NCBI GenBank assembly: GCA_044440125.1
Contig: JBITAJ010000028.1
Location: forward strand, 234,230-298,229
Source: Sedimentisphaeraceae bacterium JB056
GTDB lineage: Bacteria; Planctomycetota; Phycisphaerae; Sedimentisphaerales; Sedimentisphaeraceae
Direction of reading: 5' to 3'
Length of the DNA stretch: 64,000 nucleotides
Positions 41,895 to 52,491 of the stretch are shown piece after piece. A model generated the notes under the pieces. It saw only the letters and a list, made by a program, of their open reading frames with translations, had not been told where the DNA came from and searched no databases. The translations under genes were made by a program, and so were the position numbers. Every line of letters begins with the position of its first letter. Position 1 is the first letter of the stretch.

Positions 41895-42165
41895 AGCATA
41901 TGAGTTACAAACAAATTCGGCCTCAAAGAGGTATCTGAAAGCCGCTTTGAGCCGAATTAACTCTGACACCTGCCAAAATCTCACCTCAAAACCACTCTAA
42001 AGTTAGTAAAATACTATAAAAACAAGCCTTAGAGTGATAAAAAAATCTTGACTCTATCGCTTACTATGTTAATCTTATAATGTTATACCGTCGGGTAACT
42101 GGACGCCCCGGCAGCACTGATGATATAAAACAAGTTTTTCTTGCAATATGTATTGAAAGGTTGGA

Positions 42166-42960
42166 ATGATGAGTTATAAAGTGGCTTGCGTACTCTCTGT
42201 ACTTACCGCAATAGTATTATGCGGCTGTAGTGAGGACAAGAGATATTCTTCAATATACACAAAAGAAGTACAAGTAGAAGATGTTACGGCTCCACCATCA
42301 GCGATGGAAGTGGATCTGGTCGAAGACCTCTCTGCCAAGCGTGCCGAATATGTCAAAGCTATTAAGATGCTTGAGTCATACTATCAGCAGACAGGCAATT
42401 ACCGTAAGGGCATGTGGGCAAAACGTGAGCTTGAGCTTCTTGGTCAGGCCCCTCAGTACACTTACGTAGCGGCCGGTCAGGTTGCAAAAGTAAATCTGCG
42501 AGCGATTGACTCTATTGAGGCAGCCGACCAGCTTTACGCTGAAGCAGACGACCTTTACGGCACGGCAAGACTGCTCGCACTCATTGGCGACAAGCCAAAA
42601 CTGCGTCAGGCATTGAGCATGTTCAATCAGCTTATCTCTGATTATCCTACAAGTGACAAAATAGATGATGCTGCTTACAAAGCAGGGCTTATCTACCAGT
42701 CATTCAATGATGAAAAGCTCGCGGCAACATATTACCAAAGAGCCTTCCAGTGGGATTCTGAGACTCCCTATCCGGCAAGATTCAAAGCCGCATACCTCAT
42801 GGACAAAAAGCTTGGCATGAAAGACAAAGCACTTGAGCTTTACAAGGAATCTCTGGCAAAAGAGAATCTTTACGACTCAAATATTGATTATGTCAATATG
42901 AGAATCAGAGACCTCACTACGAGCAAAGAAATCTCTGAGGCCAAGACTGAGCTTAAATAA
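42166..42960 (+). CDS. TPR-containing lipoprotein
   Basis: Lipobox-like LCGC; YPTSDKIDDAAY TPR-type repeats. Confidence 0.75.
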   Translation: MMSYKVACVLSVLTAIVLCGCSEDKRYSSIYTKEVQVEDVTAPPSAMEVDLVEDLSAKRAEYVKAIKMLESYYQQTGNYRKGMWAKRELELLGQAPQYTYVAAGQVAKVNLRAIDSIEAADQLYAEADDLYGTARLLALIGDKPKLRQALSMFNQLISDYPTSDKIDDAAYKAGLIYQSFNDEKLAATYYQRAFQWDSETPYPARFKAAYLMDKKLGMKDKALELYKESLAKENLYDSNIDYVNMRIRDLTTSKEISEAKTELK

Positions 42961-43036
42961 AACAAGGCTTACTTTAAAAACAAATTTGATATCTTAACAG
43001 GCAAGCGGCTTTGAGCTCTTGCCTGTTTTTTATGTA

Positions 43037-44464
43037 ATGGAAAAATTCCTTAAAAAAATATCTGATTATATAGAAGCTAACTCTCTTATAGACACTGAAA
43101 AGATTGTCGTTGCTTTCAGCGGAGGTGCAGATTCAGCTGCCCTGCTTGATGCATTGTGCCTTCTGAAAGAAAGTGGAAATATAAAGGCAGAGATATTCGC
43201 CGCTCACATCAATCATAATCTGCGAGGTAATGAATCCGATGGCGACCAGAAATTCGCAGAAAACTTCGCTTTACAAAGACAGGTAAAAATCAAAAGTGAG
43301 AACGTTGATATCGAAACATACTGCCGTGACAATAATGTCTCTACAGAAACAGCCGCAAGAGAACTCAGAAGAAAAGCAATCTGCAAAATCGCCAGCGAAT
43401 TCGGAGCTAAAACAATAGCCACAGCTCATCACAAGGATGATAATGCCGAGACAATGATCCACAGGCTTAGCCGCGGCACGGGTCTTAAAGGGCTTGGAGG
43501 AATCTGGCCGTCAAGAAATATAAACATAGATGGACATCAAATCAGATATATCAGGCCCCTGCTTTGTGTCAATAGGCATGAAATAGAAGAATACTGTAAA
43601 AGCCGCGGCATAGACTGGCGACATGACAGCTCAAATGATGAGCTTATCTACACGAGAAATGTAATAAGACACAGCATATTACCCAAGCTTGAAGAAAATT
43701 CAGCCAACTGCCTCAGAAATAAGCTTTACAAACTTGCCGACTCAAGCCGCAGACTTTATGAAAAAGTGTTTGAGCTTGCACGATCAGCATGGAATGAAAG
43801 CGTATCAATAGCGGAAGATGATGAGGTCGTGATAGAGGCAATATCTTTCAATTTGCTACCGATAATAGTGCGTCAGGAGATCATACGCCTTGCCTACAAC
43901 AGACTTGGCGGAAGCGAATCAAAGATCACAAGCAGCCATTATGATAATATAATTGAATTTGCTGCAGGTACAGACAGTGCAAAGCTTCAACTGCCCTGTG
44001 ATATATATTGCTTCAGGGGTTACGGCAGAATAATATTCAGAAAAATAGTAGAACACGGAATCGCTTTTACTATAATTAACTCACCAGGAACATACAAATT
44101 CAAAGACAATGAAATTGTTGTCAGCAAAGAATCATTCAACAAAAAAATGTTTAAGGATTTCATCAGAAATAAGAAATCAAATGAGGAATGGTTTGACGCG
44201 GCAACTGTAAAACTTCCGATATGCGTACGGAGCAGGGAAACTGGCGACAAATTCCGCCCTATTGGCCAGCGAACACCAAAAAGAGTTGGCAAATTCCTTA
44301 TAGGTGCAAGAATCGACCATGCACAACGTGCAAAAATCGTGATTTTTGAAGATGACAACAAAAATATCATCTGGATCGCTCCACACAGAGCTTCAGATAT
44401 AACAAAAATATCCGACGATACACAAGAAGTGTACAAGATTAAAGTTGACAAAATTCAGGATTGA
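43037..44464 (+). CDS. tilS: tRNA(Ile)-lysidine synthetase
   Basis: AFSGGADS, HINHNLRG, TAHHKDDNAET, IRPLL, RNVIR. Confidence 0.95.
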   Translation: MEKFLKKISDYIEANSLIDTEKIVVAFSGGADSAALLDALCLLKESGNIKAEIFAAHINHNLRGNESDGDQKFAENFALQRQVKIKSENVDIETYCRDNNVSTETAARELRRKAICKIASEFGAKTIATAHHKDDNAETMIHRLSRGTGLKGLGGIWPSRNINIDGHQIRYIRPLLCVNRHEIEEYCKSRGIDWRHDSSNDELIYTRNVIRHSILPKLEENSANCLRNKLYKLADSSRRLYEKVFELARSAWNESVSIAEDDEVVIEAISFNLLPIIVRQEIIRLAYNRLGGSESKITSSHYDNIIEFAAGTDSAKLQLPCDIYCFRGYGRIIFRKIVEHGIAFTIINSPGTYKFKDNEIVVSKESFNKKMFKDFIRNKKSNEEWFDAATVKLPICVRSRETGDKFRPIGQRTPKRVGKFLIGARIDHAQRAKIVIFEDDNKNIIWIAPHRASDITKISDDTQEVYKIKVDKIQD

Positions 44465-44546
44465 ATAAACGTAAAGACGCACAAAAAAACATCTCAATCA
44501 GTATTTATAAACTGATATGGAAATAAATAGTAAAGGATAGATTAAA

Positions 44547-44945
44547 ATGTTTACAGAAACAATAACACCAAGATTCGGTGATATAGACGGACTCAGACAT
44601 ATAAACAACGCAGTACTGCCGGTATGGTTTGAGATGGCAAGAAACCCTATATTCAGATTCTTCGTGCCGGACTTGACCGTAAACTATGAGAAATGGAACC
44701 TCATTATGGCACGTATTGAGCTGGACTTTGTCGGTCAGCTTATGTACGGCAGCGATGTGGAAGTTCGAACATCAATCGAAAAAATAGGCAACTCTTCTTT
44801 CACCGTATATCAGGAAGCATGGCAAAACGGCAAACTTGGCGCAAAAGGCAAGTCTGTATGTGTACACTTCGATTTCAAGGAGCAGAAGTCAAAACGAATC
44901 CCACAAGAAATCGTTGAACAATTAAAGCAGCATTTGATTTCATAA
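44547..44945 (+). CDS. Acyl-CoA thioesterase (4HBT/hotdog fold)
   Basis: RFGDIDGLRHINN, FEMAR, IGNSSF. Confidence 0.88.
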   Translation: MFTETITPRFGDIDGLRHINNAVLPVWFEMARNPIFRFFVPDLTVNYEKWNLIMARIELDFVGQLMYGSDVEVRTSIEKIGNSSFTVYQEAWQNGKLGAKGKSVCVHFDFKEQKSKRIPQEIVEQLKQHLIS

Positions 44946-44993
44946 TTCAAGAATGAGTGAATTTAGAAGACAATCGTATTAAGGAGGTATTTT

Positions 44994-45713
44994 ATGGTTG
45001 ACAGAAAAGAACGAAATGACCTTATCGCTGCCATAAAAGCATATACAAATAAGGAAATTAACGCTTTTAGATTTGATGATATCATAATGGACGAAATGGA
45101 GCCGCATGACGATACAGTTCATGAACTCATACACCTTTTATGGTGTACTTATTCAGACTTCAAAGATTATGAGGTTGATCTAAATTGTTGGGATTTTTAT
45201 CAAAGAACAATCTTGCTGCTTGAATCTGATGCTAAATTATCAGTTATTTCCAATAAAACTTGGAACATAAGACAACTGTTAGCTGCAATATCATTCGGAA
45301 TATATCTTTATATCGCCTTGCAAATAGGATGGGATTTTGATCTATTTAAACTATTGTTTCCAATTGGGTTAACATCAATATTACTTCATAAGTGGAGCCA
45401 AAAATCCAAAGAAAGAAAGTACAAAGAAGAAATGGATAAACAGCCTGTAAAAGCAGAAACATTTCCTTTTGCAAGTTTATCTGAATTACGAAAGACACGG
45501 TCTAAAGTCACAAAATTCAAAAAAGATGTATTGCCTTACGAATTGAAAAGAAAAACTTATACTGCAAAACAATCCAGTAAAAGCCTTTTGCGAAAAACCT
45601 TGGATATGATTTCAGAGAACGCATATATAATACTTTGGGCTATGTTCTCTCCTTTCATGTTAGTATACCAAATTTTTCCAGATTCAGAGAAAACCTACAG
45701 AGTTATACAATAA
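44994..45713 (+). CDS. Hypothetical membrane protein
   Basis: AGGAGG RBS; 239 aa; 2-3 hydrophobic segments; AT-rich. Confidence 0.7.
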   Translation: MVDRKERNDLIAAIKAYTNKEINAFRFDDIIMDEMEPHDDTVHELIHLLWCTYSDFKDYEVDLNCWDFYQRTILLLESDAKLSVISNKTWNIRQLLAAISFGIYLYIALQIGWDFDLFKLLFPIGLTSILLHKWSQKSKERKYKEEMDKQPVKAETFPFASLSELRKTRSKVTKFKKDVLPYELKRKTYTAKQSSKSLLRKTLDMISENAYIILWAMFSPFMLVYQIFPDSEKTYRVIQ

Positions 45714-45724
45714 AACTGTAAATA

Positions 45725-46852
45725 TTATATCAATTCGTGTCTTCTGAAATTACCAGTGAATTTCACATCGCCGTCAAAGATTCCTGTAGTTGTATCGAAT
45801 AGCTGGGGCAGTTCTTTAATCTCACTGAGAGAATCTGACATATTTACATCGCCAAGACTTGCAAACAGTTTTGGTGCAATATATACAACCGCTTCATCAG
45901 CGATTCCCTTACCAATAAACGAGCTTATAACCTTCGCCCCGCCTTCAACAAGCAATCTCTGCACGCCGCTTTTACCAAGATTCTCAAGCAGCTGATGCAA
46001 ATCACATCTACCATCATCGTCCGCATCAACCGCCAACACCTCAGCTCCAAGCTCCACTATCTTTGAGGCCTTTTCCATATCATTATCGAAAGCCTTCTTA
46101 GTTGTAACAATCAGAAGGTCGGCATCTTGTATCGTACCAAACATTTTAAGATCAGTACGTATCCTGAACTTACTGTCAACAACAATCCGAAGAGGGGTTC
46201 TGCTTTTTGCTGGTCTTGCCGTAAGCAGAGGGTCATCAATCAAAGCCGTTTCAATGCCTACAAGTATCCCCTGACAACTTCGTCTGAGCTTATGAACATC
46301 TTTTCTGCTTGCCTCATTTGATATCCATCTCTGGTCTTCGGGCAAACCGGCCGCCGATAACTTGCCGTCAATCGTCTGCGCCCATTTGAGCACAACCCAC
46401 GGCAGAGATTTTGTGGAATGTTTTATAAAAGCGGGGTTGAGCAAACGTGCCTTTTTTTCGCAAAGCCCGATACTCACCTTTATTCCCGCATCTTCAAGCA
46501 TCTTCACACCCTTGCCGGCAACTTTGTCACTCGGATCAAGCATGGCAATCACAACCTTGGAAATACCGGCCTTGATAATTGCCTCAGCACAAGGCGGAGT
46601 CTTGCCGTGATGACAGCATGGCTCAAGAGTAACACACATCGTTGCACCGGCAGGATTATGTCCTCTTTTGCGGCAATCCGCCAGAGCATTGATCTCCGCA
46701 TGCTCCTTACCATAAGTCTTATGCCAGCCTGAGCCAATCACATTACCATCAGCATCAACTATAACACAACCAACCATTGGATTAGGCTCAACATTGCCAA
46801 ACCCTCTTGCGGCAAGTTCGAGAGCCATCTCCATATACTGCTTATGTTTCAT
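45725..46852 (-). CDS. ribD: Bifunctional riboflavin deaminase/reductase RibD
   Basis: PNPMVG, HAE, TLEPCCHHGKTPPC, LLVEGG. Confidence 0.96.
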   Translation of the reverse strand: MKHKQYMEMALELAARGFGNVEPNPMVGCVIVDADGNVIGSGWHKTYGKEHAEINALADCRKRGHNPAGATMCVTLEPCCHHGKTPPCAEAIIKAGISKVVIAMLDPSDKVAGKGVKMLEDAGIKVSIGLCEKKARLLNPAFIKHSTKSLPWVVLKWAQTIDGKLSAAGLPEDQRWISNEASRKDVHKLRRSCQGILVGIETALIDDPLLTARPAKSRTPLRIVVDSKFRIRTDLKMFGTIQDADLLIVTTKKAFDNDMEKASKIVELGAEVLAVDADDDGRCDLHQLLENLGKSGVQRLLVEGGAKVISSFIGKGIADEAVVYIAPKLFASLGDVNMSDSLSEIKELPQLFDTTTGIFDGDVKFTGNFRRHELI

Positions 46853-46885
46853 AATAAACTTTACCTGCTCCCTTGCGCTGCGTTA

Positions 46886-47902
46886 TTAATTTCTGTCAAC
46901 GGCTTCTGCAATTTTCCTCACGCTCGCCATAGTCTTTTTGAGAACCTCCGGTGTTATAGACTGTGCTCCATCTGAAAGCGCATGCTCTGGATCAAGATGG
47001 CACTCAACCAAAAGGCCGTCAGCTCCAGCAGCAACAGCCGCCCTGCACATCGCAGGAACCATATACGAATGCCCCGTGCCGTGTGAAGGATCAACAACAA
47101 CCGGCAAGTGCGTCATTTCATTAAGAGCCGGTACTGCTGCAAGCGGCAGAGTATTTCTTACATACTCCTCATAAGTTCTTATACCACGCTCACAGAAAAT
47201 AACTTCTCTGTTGCCGGCATTGATAATATATTCACCGGCAAGAAGCCATTCGTCCAAACGAGAACACAAGCCACGTTTGAGTATAACAGGCTTATTAACT
47301 TTACCTACAGCTTCAAGCAGCGGATAATGCTGCATGTTTCTTGCACCTATCTGCAACACATCAGCGTACTCAGCCACAAGTTCAACAGTGTCAAGGCTTA
47401 CAACCTCTGTAACAATCGCAAGACCTGTTCGCTCTCTTGCCATTGCCAGCATCTTAAGTCCCTTTTCCTTATGCCCCTGAAAGCTGTAGGGACTGGTTCT
47501 GGGCTTATAAGCGCCGCCTCTGAAACCTATGCAGCCGGCATCCTTGACAAGCTCAGCAGTACGTAAAAGCTGATCTAAATCTTCAACAGCACACGGGCCG
47601 GCAATCACACCAACCTCTTTGCCGCCAACAGGGAACTTATCAGGTCCAATTTTAATTTGCGTCTTTTCCTTACGCACTTCTTTCGAAGCCAGTTTATAAG
47701 GAGCAAGGATAGGAACGACACGTTCAACCTGAGGTGCATTCTCTATCGCTTCACGCTCTACCGATCTTTTATCACCAATACACGCAATCACAGTACGGTC
47801 TGTACCGACAATGATGTTCTCACGCAATCCAAAATCATGAACCAGCTTTACAACGTGGTTAATACTATCCTTCGTCGCATCCGGTTTCATTACGATAATC
47901 AT
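46886..47902 (-). CDS. aroF: DAHP synthase, type I-beta with N-terminal ACT-like domain
   Basis: [37 protein letters not shown]. Confidence 0.93.
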   Translation of the reverse strand: MIIVMKPDATKDSINHVVKLVHDFGLRENIIVGTDRTVIACIGDKRSVEREAIENAPQVERVVPILAPYKLASKEVRKEKTQIKIGPDKFPVGGKEVGVIAGPCAVEDLDQLLRTAELVKDAGCIGFRGGAYKPRTSPYSFQGHKEKGLKMLAMARERTGLAIVTEVVSLDTVELVAEYADVLQIGARNMQHYPLLEAVGKVNKPVILKRGLCSRLDEWLLAGEYIINAGNREVIFCERGIRTYEEYVRNTLPLAAVPALNEMTHLPVVVDPSHGTGHSYMVPAMCRAAVAAGADGLLVECHLDPEHALSDGAQSITPEVLKKTMASVRKIAEAVDRN

Positions 47903-47961
47903 TTTATTCTCTCCAGAAATATGTCAATACCGCCGCGAAATCGCCGGTATTATAATTTTAA

Positions 47962-48948
47962 TTAGTCAGCGTATCCGTTAGGATGATCGTTGTGCCATTT
48001 CCAGGCGGTCTCAACAATCTTCTCAAGATCAGTCCACTTCGGTTGCCAAAGAAGCTCTTTTCTTGCTTTTGAAGCATCGGCAGTGAGTACCGCAGGGTCG
48101 CCTGGGCGTCTGTCAGCTTCTGTGACTTTGAAATCCTTGCCGGAAACTTTCTTTACTGTCTCGATAACTTCACGAACCGAATAGCCGTTACCGTTGCCAA
48201 GATTATAGAACTGCTCACTCAAATCGCCAAGTTTTTCCAAAGCCAGAAGATGGGCACTGCAAAGGTCTTCAATATGAATATAATCCCTTACGCATGTTCC
48301 ATCCGGCGTATCATAATCGCTGCCGAAAATCTTGATATCCTCACGCTTGCCCATCGCTGCCTGTATGATAAGCGGAATGAGGTGTGATTCAGGCTTATGG
48401 TCTTCACCAAGCTTGCCGCCGTTACCGGCACCGCATGCGTTAAAATATCTCAGAGCCGCATAGTTGAGTCTTCCTGTCTGGCTCTGGAACTGACACATTC
48501 TCTCAACAGCCCACTTGCTCTCACCATACGGATTTATTGCCTTCTTTGGCAATGTCTCTACGATAGGTACAACCTCCGGCATGCCGTAAGTCGCTGCTGT
48601 AGAACTGAATACAAACTTATTCACACCTACAAACTCCATCGCTCTGAGGAGATTATGTGTATTACAGAAATTGTTGTGGTAATAACCAAGAGGGTCGGCA
48701 ACGCTCTCGCCAACCTCAATAAAAGCGGCAAAATGCATGACCGCATCTATTTTTTTATCGCGGAGAACGCGAACAAGCTTATCATAATCAGCCAAATCGC
48801 CATAAATAAATTCAGCGCCATCAACGATAGCTGCTTTATGACCTTTGCTGAGGTTATCATAAACAAATGGATTATGCCCGCTGGCTGCAAGCATAGCCGT
48901 CATATTACTGCCGATATAACCGGCACCACCACATACAAGTACATTCAT
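47962..48948 (-). CDS. galE: UDP-glucose 4-epimerase
   Basis: GGAGYIGS, FSSTAATYG, YGESK, LRYFN, RDYIH. Confidence 0.95.
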   Translation of the reverse strand: MNVLVCGGAGYIGSNMTAMLAASGHNPFVYDNLSKGHKAAIVDGAEFIYGDLADYDKLVRVLRDKKIDAVMHFAAFIEVGESVADPLGYYHNNFCNTHNLLRAMEFVGVNKFVFSSTAATYGMPEVVPIVETLPKKAINPYGESKWAVERMCQFQSQTGRLNYAALRYFNACGAGNGGKLGEDHKPESHLIPLIIQAAMGKREDIKIFGSDYDTPDGTCVRDYIHIEDLCSAHLLALEKLGDLSEQFYNLGNGNGYSVREVIETVKKVSGKDFKVTEADRRPGDPAVLTADASKARKELLWQPKWTDLEKIVETAWKWHNDHPNGYAD

Positions 48949-49016
48949 TCTTTATTATCCTTGAATATTGCAAAACCTGATTTAGTAATAAATCAATAAT
49001 TATCCACTATATACAA

Positions 49017-50084
49017 TCAATTGTCAACCATCTTATGTATCAATTCGAGCATCCGATCAAGCAGTTTAGCTTCGGGAACGGTAGCAATTTTCTTGCCCTT
49101 TGAGTATAAAAAGCCCTTCTGATTAGCCGCACAAACAGCAACATCGGCGTCTGCCGCCTCACCCGGACCATTTACTATACATCCCATAACTGCAACTTTG
49201 ACAGGGCTTTGTATTCCCTTGATTGCCTTTCTTACCTTCTTTGCCAGCGAGACGACATCAACCATGCACCTGCCGCAGGTAGGACAGACCACAAGCTGAG
49301 GCTCATTTTTCTCAAATAATCCCACGGCACTGAGTATATCCTGAGCCGCAGCAATCTCCGCTACCGGATTACCCGCAAGACTAACCCTTATTGTATCACC
49401 GATTCCCTCATTAAAGAGAGTTCCAAGTGCTACGGACGAAGGTATGATAGCATCTTCCGGCAAACCGGCATGAGTAAGGCCGATATGAATCGGGTATTCA
49501 AAATTCTCCGAAAACGCCCTGTTGACCTCAACTGTTCGAATGACATCAACACTTTTAGCACTTATCACGATATTATCAAAGCCGTTCTTCTCGAAAAGAC
49601 GCACATACTTCGTCATCTCTTTGACCATGAGAGAGACGCGTTTTTTCTCGGACACATCGCCTGCCTTAAGGTCTCTGATGCTGGCCTCATTAATACCGAT
49701 ACGCATTGCTATTTTATGGGCTTTGGCACATTCAATTATCTGCTTCACATCCTTGGGATCCTTGATATTACCCGGATTTAAACGTATTTTTGATGCACCC
49801 GCCTCGATAGCCTCTATCGCTCTGTCACGTGAAAAATGAATATCAGCAACGACAGGAATAGCAACCTTATCGATTATTTTTGCCAAAGCCTCAGTATCGG
49901 CTTTAGTAGGCACGGCAATCCTGATTATATCACAGCCGCACTTCTCCAACGCCCTGACCTGACGAACAGTGGCCGCGACATCGGTTGTCGCTGTCTTTGT
50001 CATCGACTGGATCGCAACTTTATATCGATTACCTATTTTTATATCGCCAACAGTGGCGGTTTTCACCTTGTTTCTCTTTATCAT
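49017..50084 (-). CDS. ispG: HMBPP synthase IspG
   Basis: IQSMT, ADIHF, RLNPGN, GIGDTIRVSL, CPTCGR, MGCIVNGPGEA; start approximate. Confidence 0.95.
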   Translation of the reverse strand: MIKRNKVKTATVGDIKIGNRYKVAIQSMTKTATTDVAATVRQVRALEKCGCDIIRIAVPTKADTEALAKIIDKVAIPVVADIHFSRDRAIEAIEAGASKIRLNPGNIKDPKDVKQIIECAKAHKIAMRIGINEASIRDLKAGDVSEKKRVSLMVKEMTKYVRLFEKNGFDNIVISAKSVDVIRTVEVNRAFSENFEYPIHIGLTHAGLPEDAIIPSSVALGTLFNEGIGDTIRVSLAGNPVAEIAAAQDILSAVGLFEKNEPQLVVCPTCGRCMVDVVSLAKKVRKAIKGIQSPVKVAVMGCIVNGPGEAADADVAVCAANQKGFLYSKGKKIATVPEAKLLDRMLELIHKMVDN

Positions 50085-50159
50085 ATTCTGCCTTAATATA
50101 AATGAAAAATATTCCCGCATTATTGGCAAATCTGCACATATTGAAATTTTGACAAATAA

Positions 50160-50197
50160 AAAAGCGGGTTATGGATAAGTATATCCATAACCCGCTT
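50160..50197 (-). terminator. lexA terminator
   Basis: Perfect 16-bp stem AAGCGGGTTATGGATA/TATCCATAACCCGCTT with T tract on the minus strand. Confidence 0.8.
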
Positions 50198-50216
50198 AAA
50201 GTCCAATCGTTATGTT

Positions 50217-50867
50217 TTAAATTTTTCTTATAAGCCCCACGACAACCCCTCTTACTTCACAATTCCTCGTAAGAATAGGCTGAAAGCTGTCATTTGCCGG
50301 CTGCAACCTTATATGATCCTTCTCTTTATAGAAACGTTTGAGAGTTGCCTCTGTGCCGTCAACTATAGCGACAACCACATCTCCATTTCGCGGCTGAGAA
50401 CTCTGCTTGCACACCACATAATCACCAGGGCAGATATTATCATTTATCATGCTCTCTCCAGAAACCTCCAAAGCGAAGGTGTTACCGGCACTCACAGCAA
50501 ACTCTGTTTCAAGGGAAATCCTGTCGCAATCTTCAATCGCCTCACTCGGCAAACCGGCATTAATCATACCGACAAGCGGTAGCCCTTCCTCAATAGCTTC
50601 AGAATCCGAAACAAACGGCTCATCGCTTACTTCCTCGAGAAGCTCTATCGCTTCTTCAGTGAGCTTCAAAGAGCGGGCTTTGCCCCGAGAGGCACACAGA
50701 AAACCTTTTTCTTGGAGTGCGGCGCAGTGCTCGAACACGGTGGCGCGGCTCCTTTGAAGCAGATCCGCCAGTTCCTGCATCGTTGGCGAATACGGCTTGT
50801 TCTGCTGATAATGATAAAATATCTTTAGTATTTCCAGTTTTACCGGCGTTATATTCACGGCTGTCAT
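50217..50867 (-). CDS. lexA: SOS repressor LexA
   Basis: YSPTMQELA wHTH, Ala-Gly cleavage site (INAGLP), GESM Ser, TLKRF Lys; start approximate. Confidence 0.93.
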   Translation of the reverse strand: MTAVNITPVKLEILKIFYHYQQNKPYSPTMQELADLLQRSRATVFEHCAALQEKGFLCASRGKARSLKLTEEAIELLEEVSDEPFVSDSEAIEEGLPLVGMINAGLPSEAIEDCDRISLETEFAVSAGNTFALEVSGESMINDNICPGDYVVCKQSSQPRNGDVVVAIVDGTEATLKRFYKEKDHIRLQPANDSFQPILTRNCEVRGVVVGLIRKI

Positions 50868-51084
50868 GCCTTTCAAAAGAGTTATGCTCGTCTGCTACAT
50901 CATCACCACCCGCGCAAACGGGGAGTCTGTAACTGATAGATTTTATTATATACTTGATCGTTTCGGCTACAGGTGTAAAAAAGCCCTCTGAATTATGATT
51001 ATACTCAGGAGTATAATCCATCTGATAATCACCGCCGGGGCCAAACTTGCATAGTGGTATATTTGTTTCTGTTCCAAGACTCAT
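50656..51084 (-). CDS. Hypothetical 142-aa protein overlapping the 5' end of lexA
   Basis: ATG after AGGAAAG, about 45 nt downstream of an extended -10 (TGtTATAAT); fills the gap between promoter and lexA; ends GQSPLFEAH. Confidence 0.55.
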   Translation of the reverse strand: MSLGTETNIPLCKFGPGGDYQMDYTPEYNHNSEGFFTPVAETIKYIIKSISYRLPVCAGGDDVADEHNSFERHDSREYNAGKTGNTKDILSLSAEQAVFANDAGTGGSASKEPRHRVRALRRTPRKRFSVCLSGQSPLFEAH

Positions 51085-51136
51085 ATTCCGTGTCTTTCCT
51101 AATAAAAACAACAAGTTATCCTTAACTACAGAGATG

Positions 51137-51203
51137 ATTATAACATAAAGAGAGAACATTCCAAACAAAAACCGAACGAATTTTGAATTTTGTTCGGTTT
51201 TTG
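51137..51203 (-). promoter_or_regulatory. Promoter of the lexA operon with adjacent palindrome (candidate operator)
   Basis: -10 TATAAT at 51137-51142 (minus); CAAAAACCGAAC-N14-GTTCGGTTTTTG at 51166-51203. Confidence 0.55.
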
Positions 51204-51403
51204 ACAGGTTAACACATACAACCTGAACGCAAATCGTTTAATTTCAGAGAATTAAAAAAAGTGATTTTCTGACAACTTTTTTTAAAAATCAGAAAACAAT
51301 TCATCTAAATCAAGGTCGCAAACGAATAAAAAATCGTTATCTGCCTCAAGATTACCGACGAAACTCTTGAATAATGCGCAACTATTCATATAATATATTT
51401 ATT

Positions 51404-51419
51404 ACGTTATCGTTACCGT
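51404..51419 (+). promoter_or_regulatory. Candidate LacI-family operator (autoregulatory)
   Basis: ACGTTATCGTTACCGT just downstream of TTGAAT-N16-TATAAT; 15/16 identical to the reverse complement of the site at 60275. Confidence 0.7.
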
Positions 51420-51440
51420 TAGACCTTTATTGGAGCCCTA

Positions 51441-52484
51441 ATGCCTGGTAAAAAAGTAAAATCAGGAATGAAAGACATTGCAAACAGGCTTAACATCTCT
51501 GTCACAACAGTAGGCAGAGCTTTTTCCAATGCAACAGATATCAGCCCTGCAACAAAAGAACGGATATTCAAATTAGCCAAAGAACTTGATTACCGGCCAA
51601 ACCTCAACGCACGCGCTCTGGTACAGCAGAAAACAAGTACCCTTGGTCTGGTCATCTGCAATGTAAGTAACCCTATCATGGAAGGTGTTATTCGGGACGT
51701 AGAGGATTCGGTCAGCAAAGAAGGATACCGTCTCAATCTTGCTATAAGTCACGGCGAACCCAAAAGAGAAAGAGACATTGTCAACGATATGCTCTGCAGA
51801 CGCATTGATGGCGTTATAATTCATCCCCACTGTCTTGAAGGTCGAAGTGAAGCGGTTGAGAGCCTCCTGGAAACCAAAACTCCAACCGTGGTTTTAGGCA
51901 ACTATACTCACTCAGCCGTCAGCCAGGTCGGCATGGACCTTTTTACAGCCGGATACGAGATAACTTCCCATCTTCTCGATCTCGGGCACAAAAAGATAGC
52001 ATGTATAAACGAGCTGCCGGGCGATCCGCGATTCAAAGGATATATAAAGGCCTGTGAAGAAAGGTCTATAATAATAGACGATGAATTGTCTTACTATCTC
52101 CCTGTACGTGCCAGAAGCGGTATAGATATCTGCCGAGATATTATTGAGAAGAAATCCACTGCCGTATTCGCGATCAGTGATGCGTTGGCAGCAACAATAC
52201 TGGAAGGCTTCAAACTTCTTGGTATCAAAGTACCTGATGATATAGCATTGGCAGGCTGCGGAAATGATCGCTACAGCAGCGTAATGGGTCCAAGCCTAAC
52301 CAGTTACGGCTTCCCATACCACAACCTGCCGCGCCACCTGACCAACTTTATACTGGAAAAGATAGATTACCCCGAATCGACCATAAGAAGCGCCGTGCTA
52401 ATAGGTAAACTCATACCGAGGGAATCTACATTGGGAATCGGAACGCCGCTAATCCACACAGATCAAACCAAACCCAATTTCTAA
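51441..52484 (+). CDS. LacI family transcriptional regulator
   Basis: MKDIANRLNISVTTVGRAF HTH, YRPNLNARAL hinge, VPDDIAL, LIPREST. Confidence 0.93.
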   Translation: MPGKKVKSGMKDIANRLNISVTTVGRAFSNATDISPATKERIFKLAKELDYRPNLNARALVQQKTSTLGLVICNVSNPIMEGVIRDVEDSVSKEGYRLNLAISHGEPKRERDIVNDMLCRRIDGVIIHPHCLEGRSEAVESLLETKTPTVVLGNYTHSAVSQVGMDLFTAGYEITSHLLDLGHKKIACINELPGDPRFKGYIKACEERSIIIDDELSYYLPVRARSGIDICRDIIEKKSTAVFAISDALAATILEGFKLLGIKVPDDIALAGCGNDRYSSVMGPSLTSYGFPYHNLPRHLTNFILEKIDYPESTIRSAVLIGKLIPRESTLGIGTPLIHTDQTKPNF

Positions 52485-52491
52485 GCTACTT

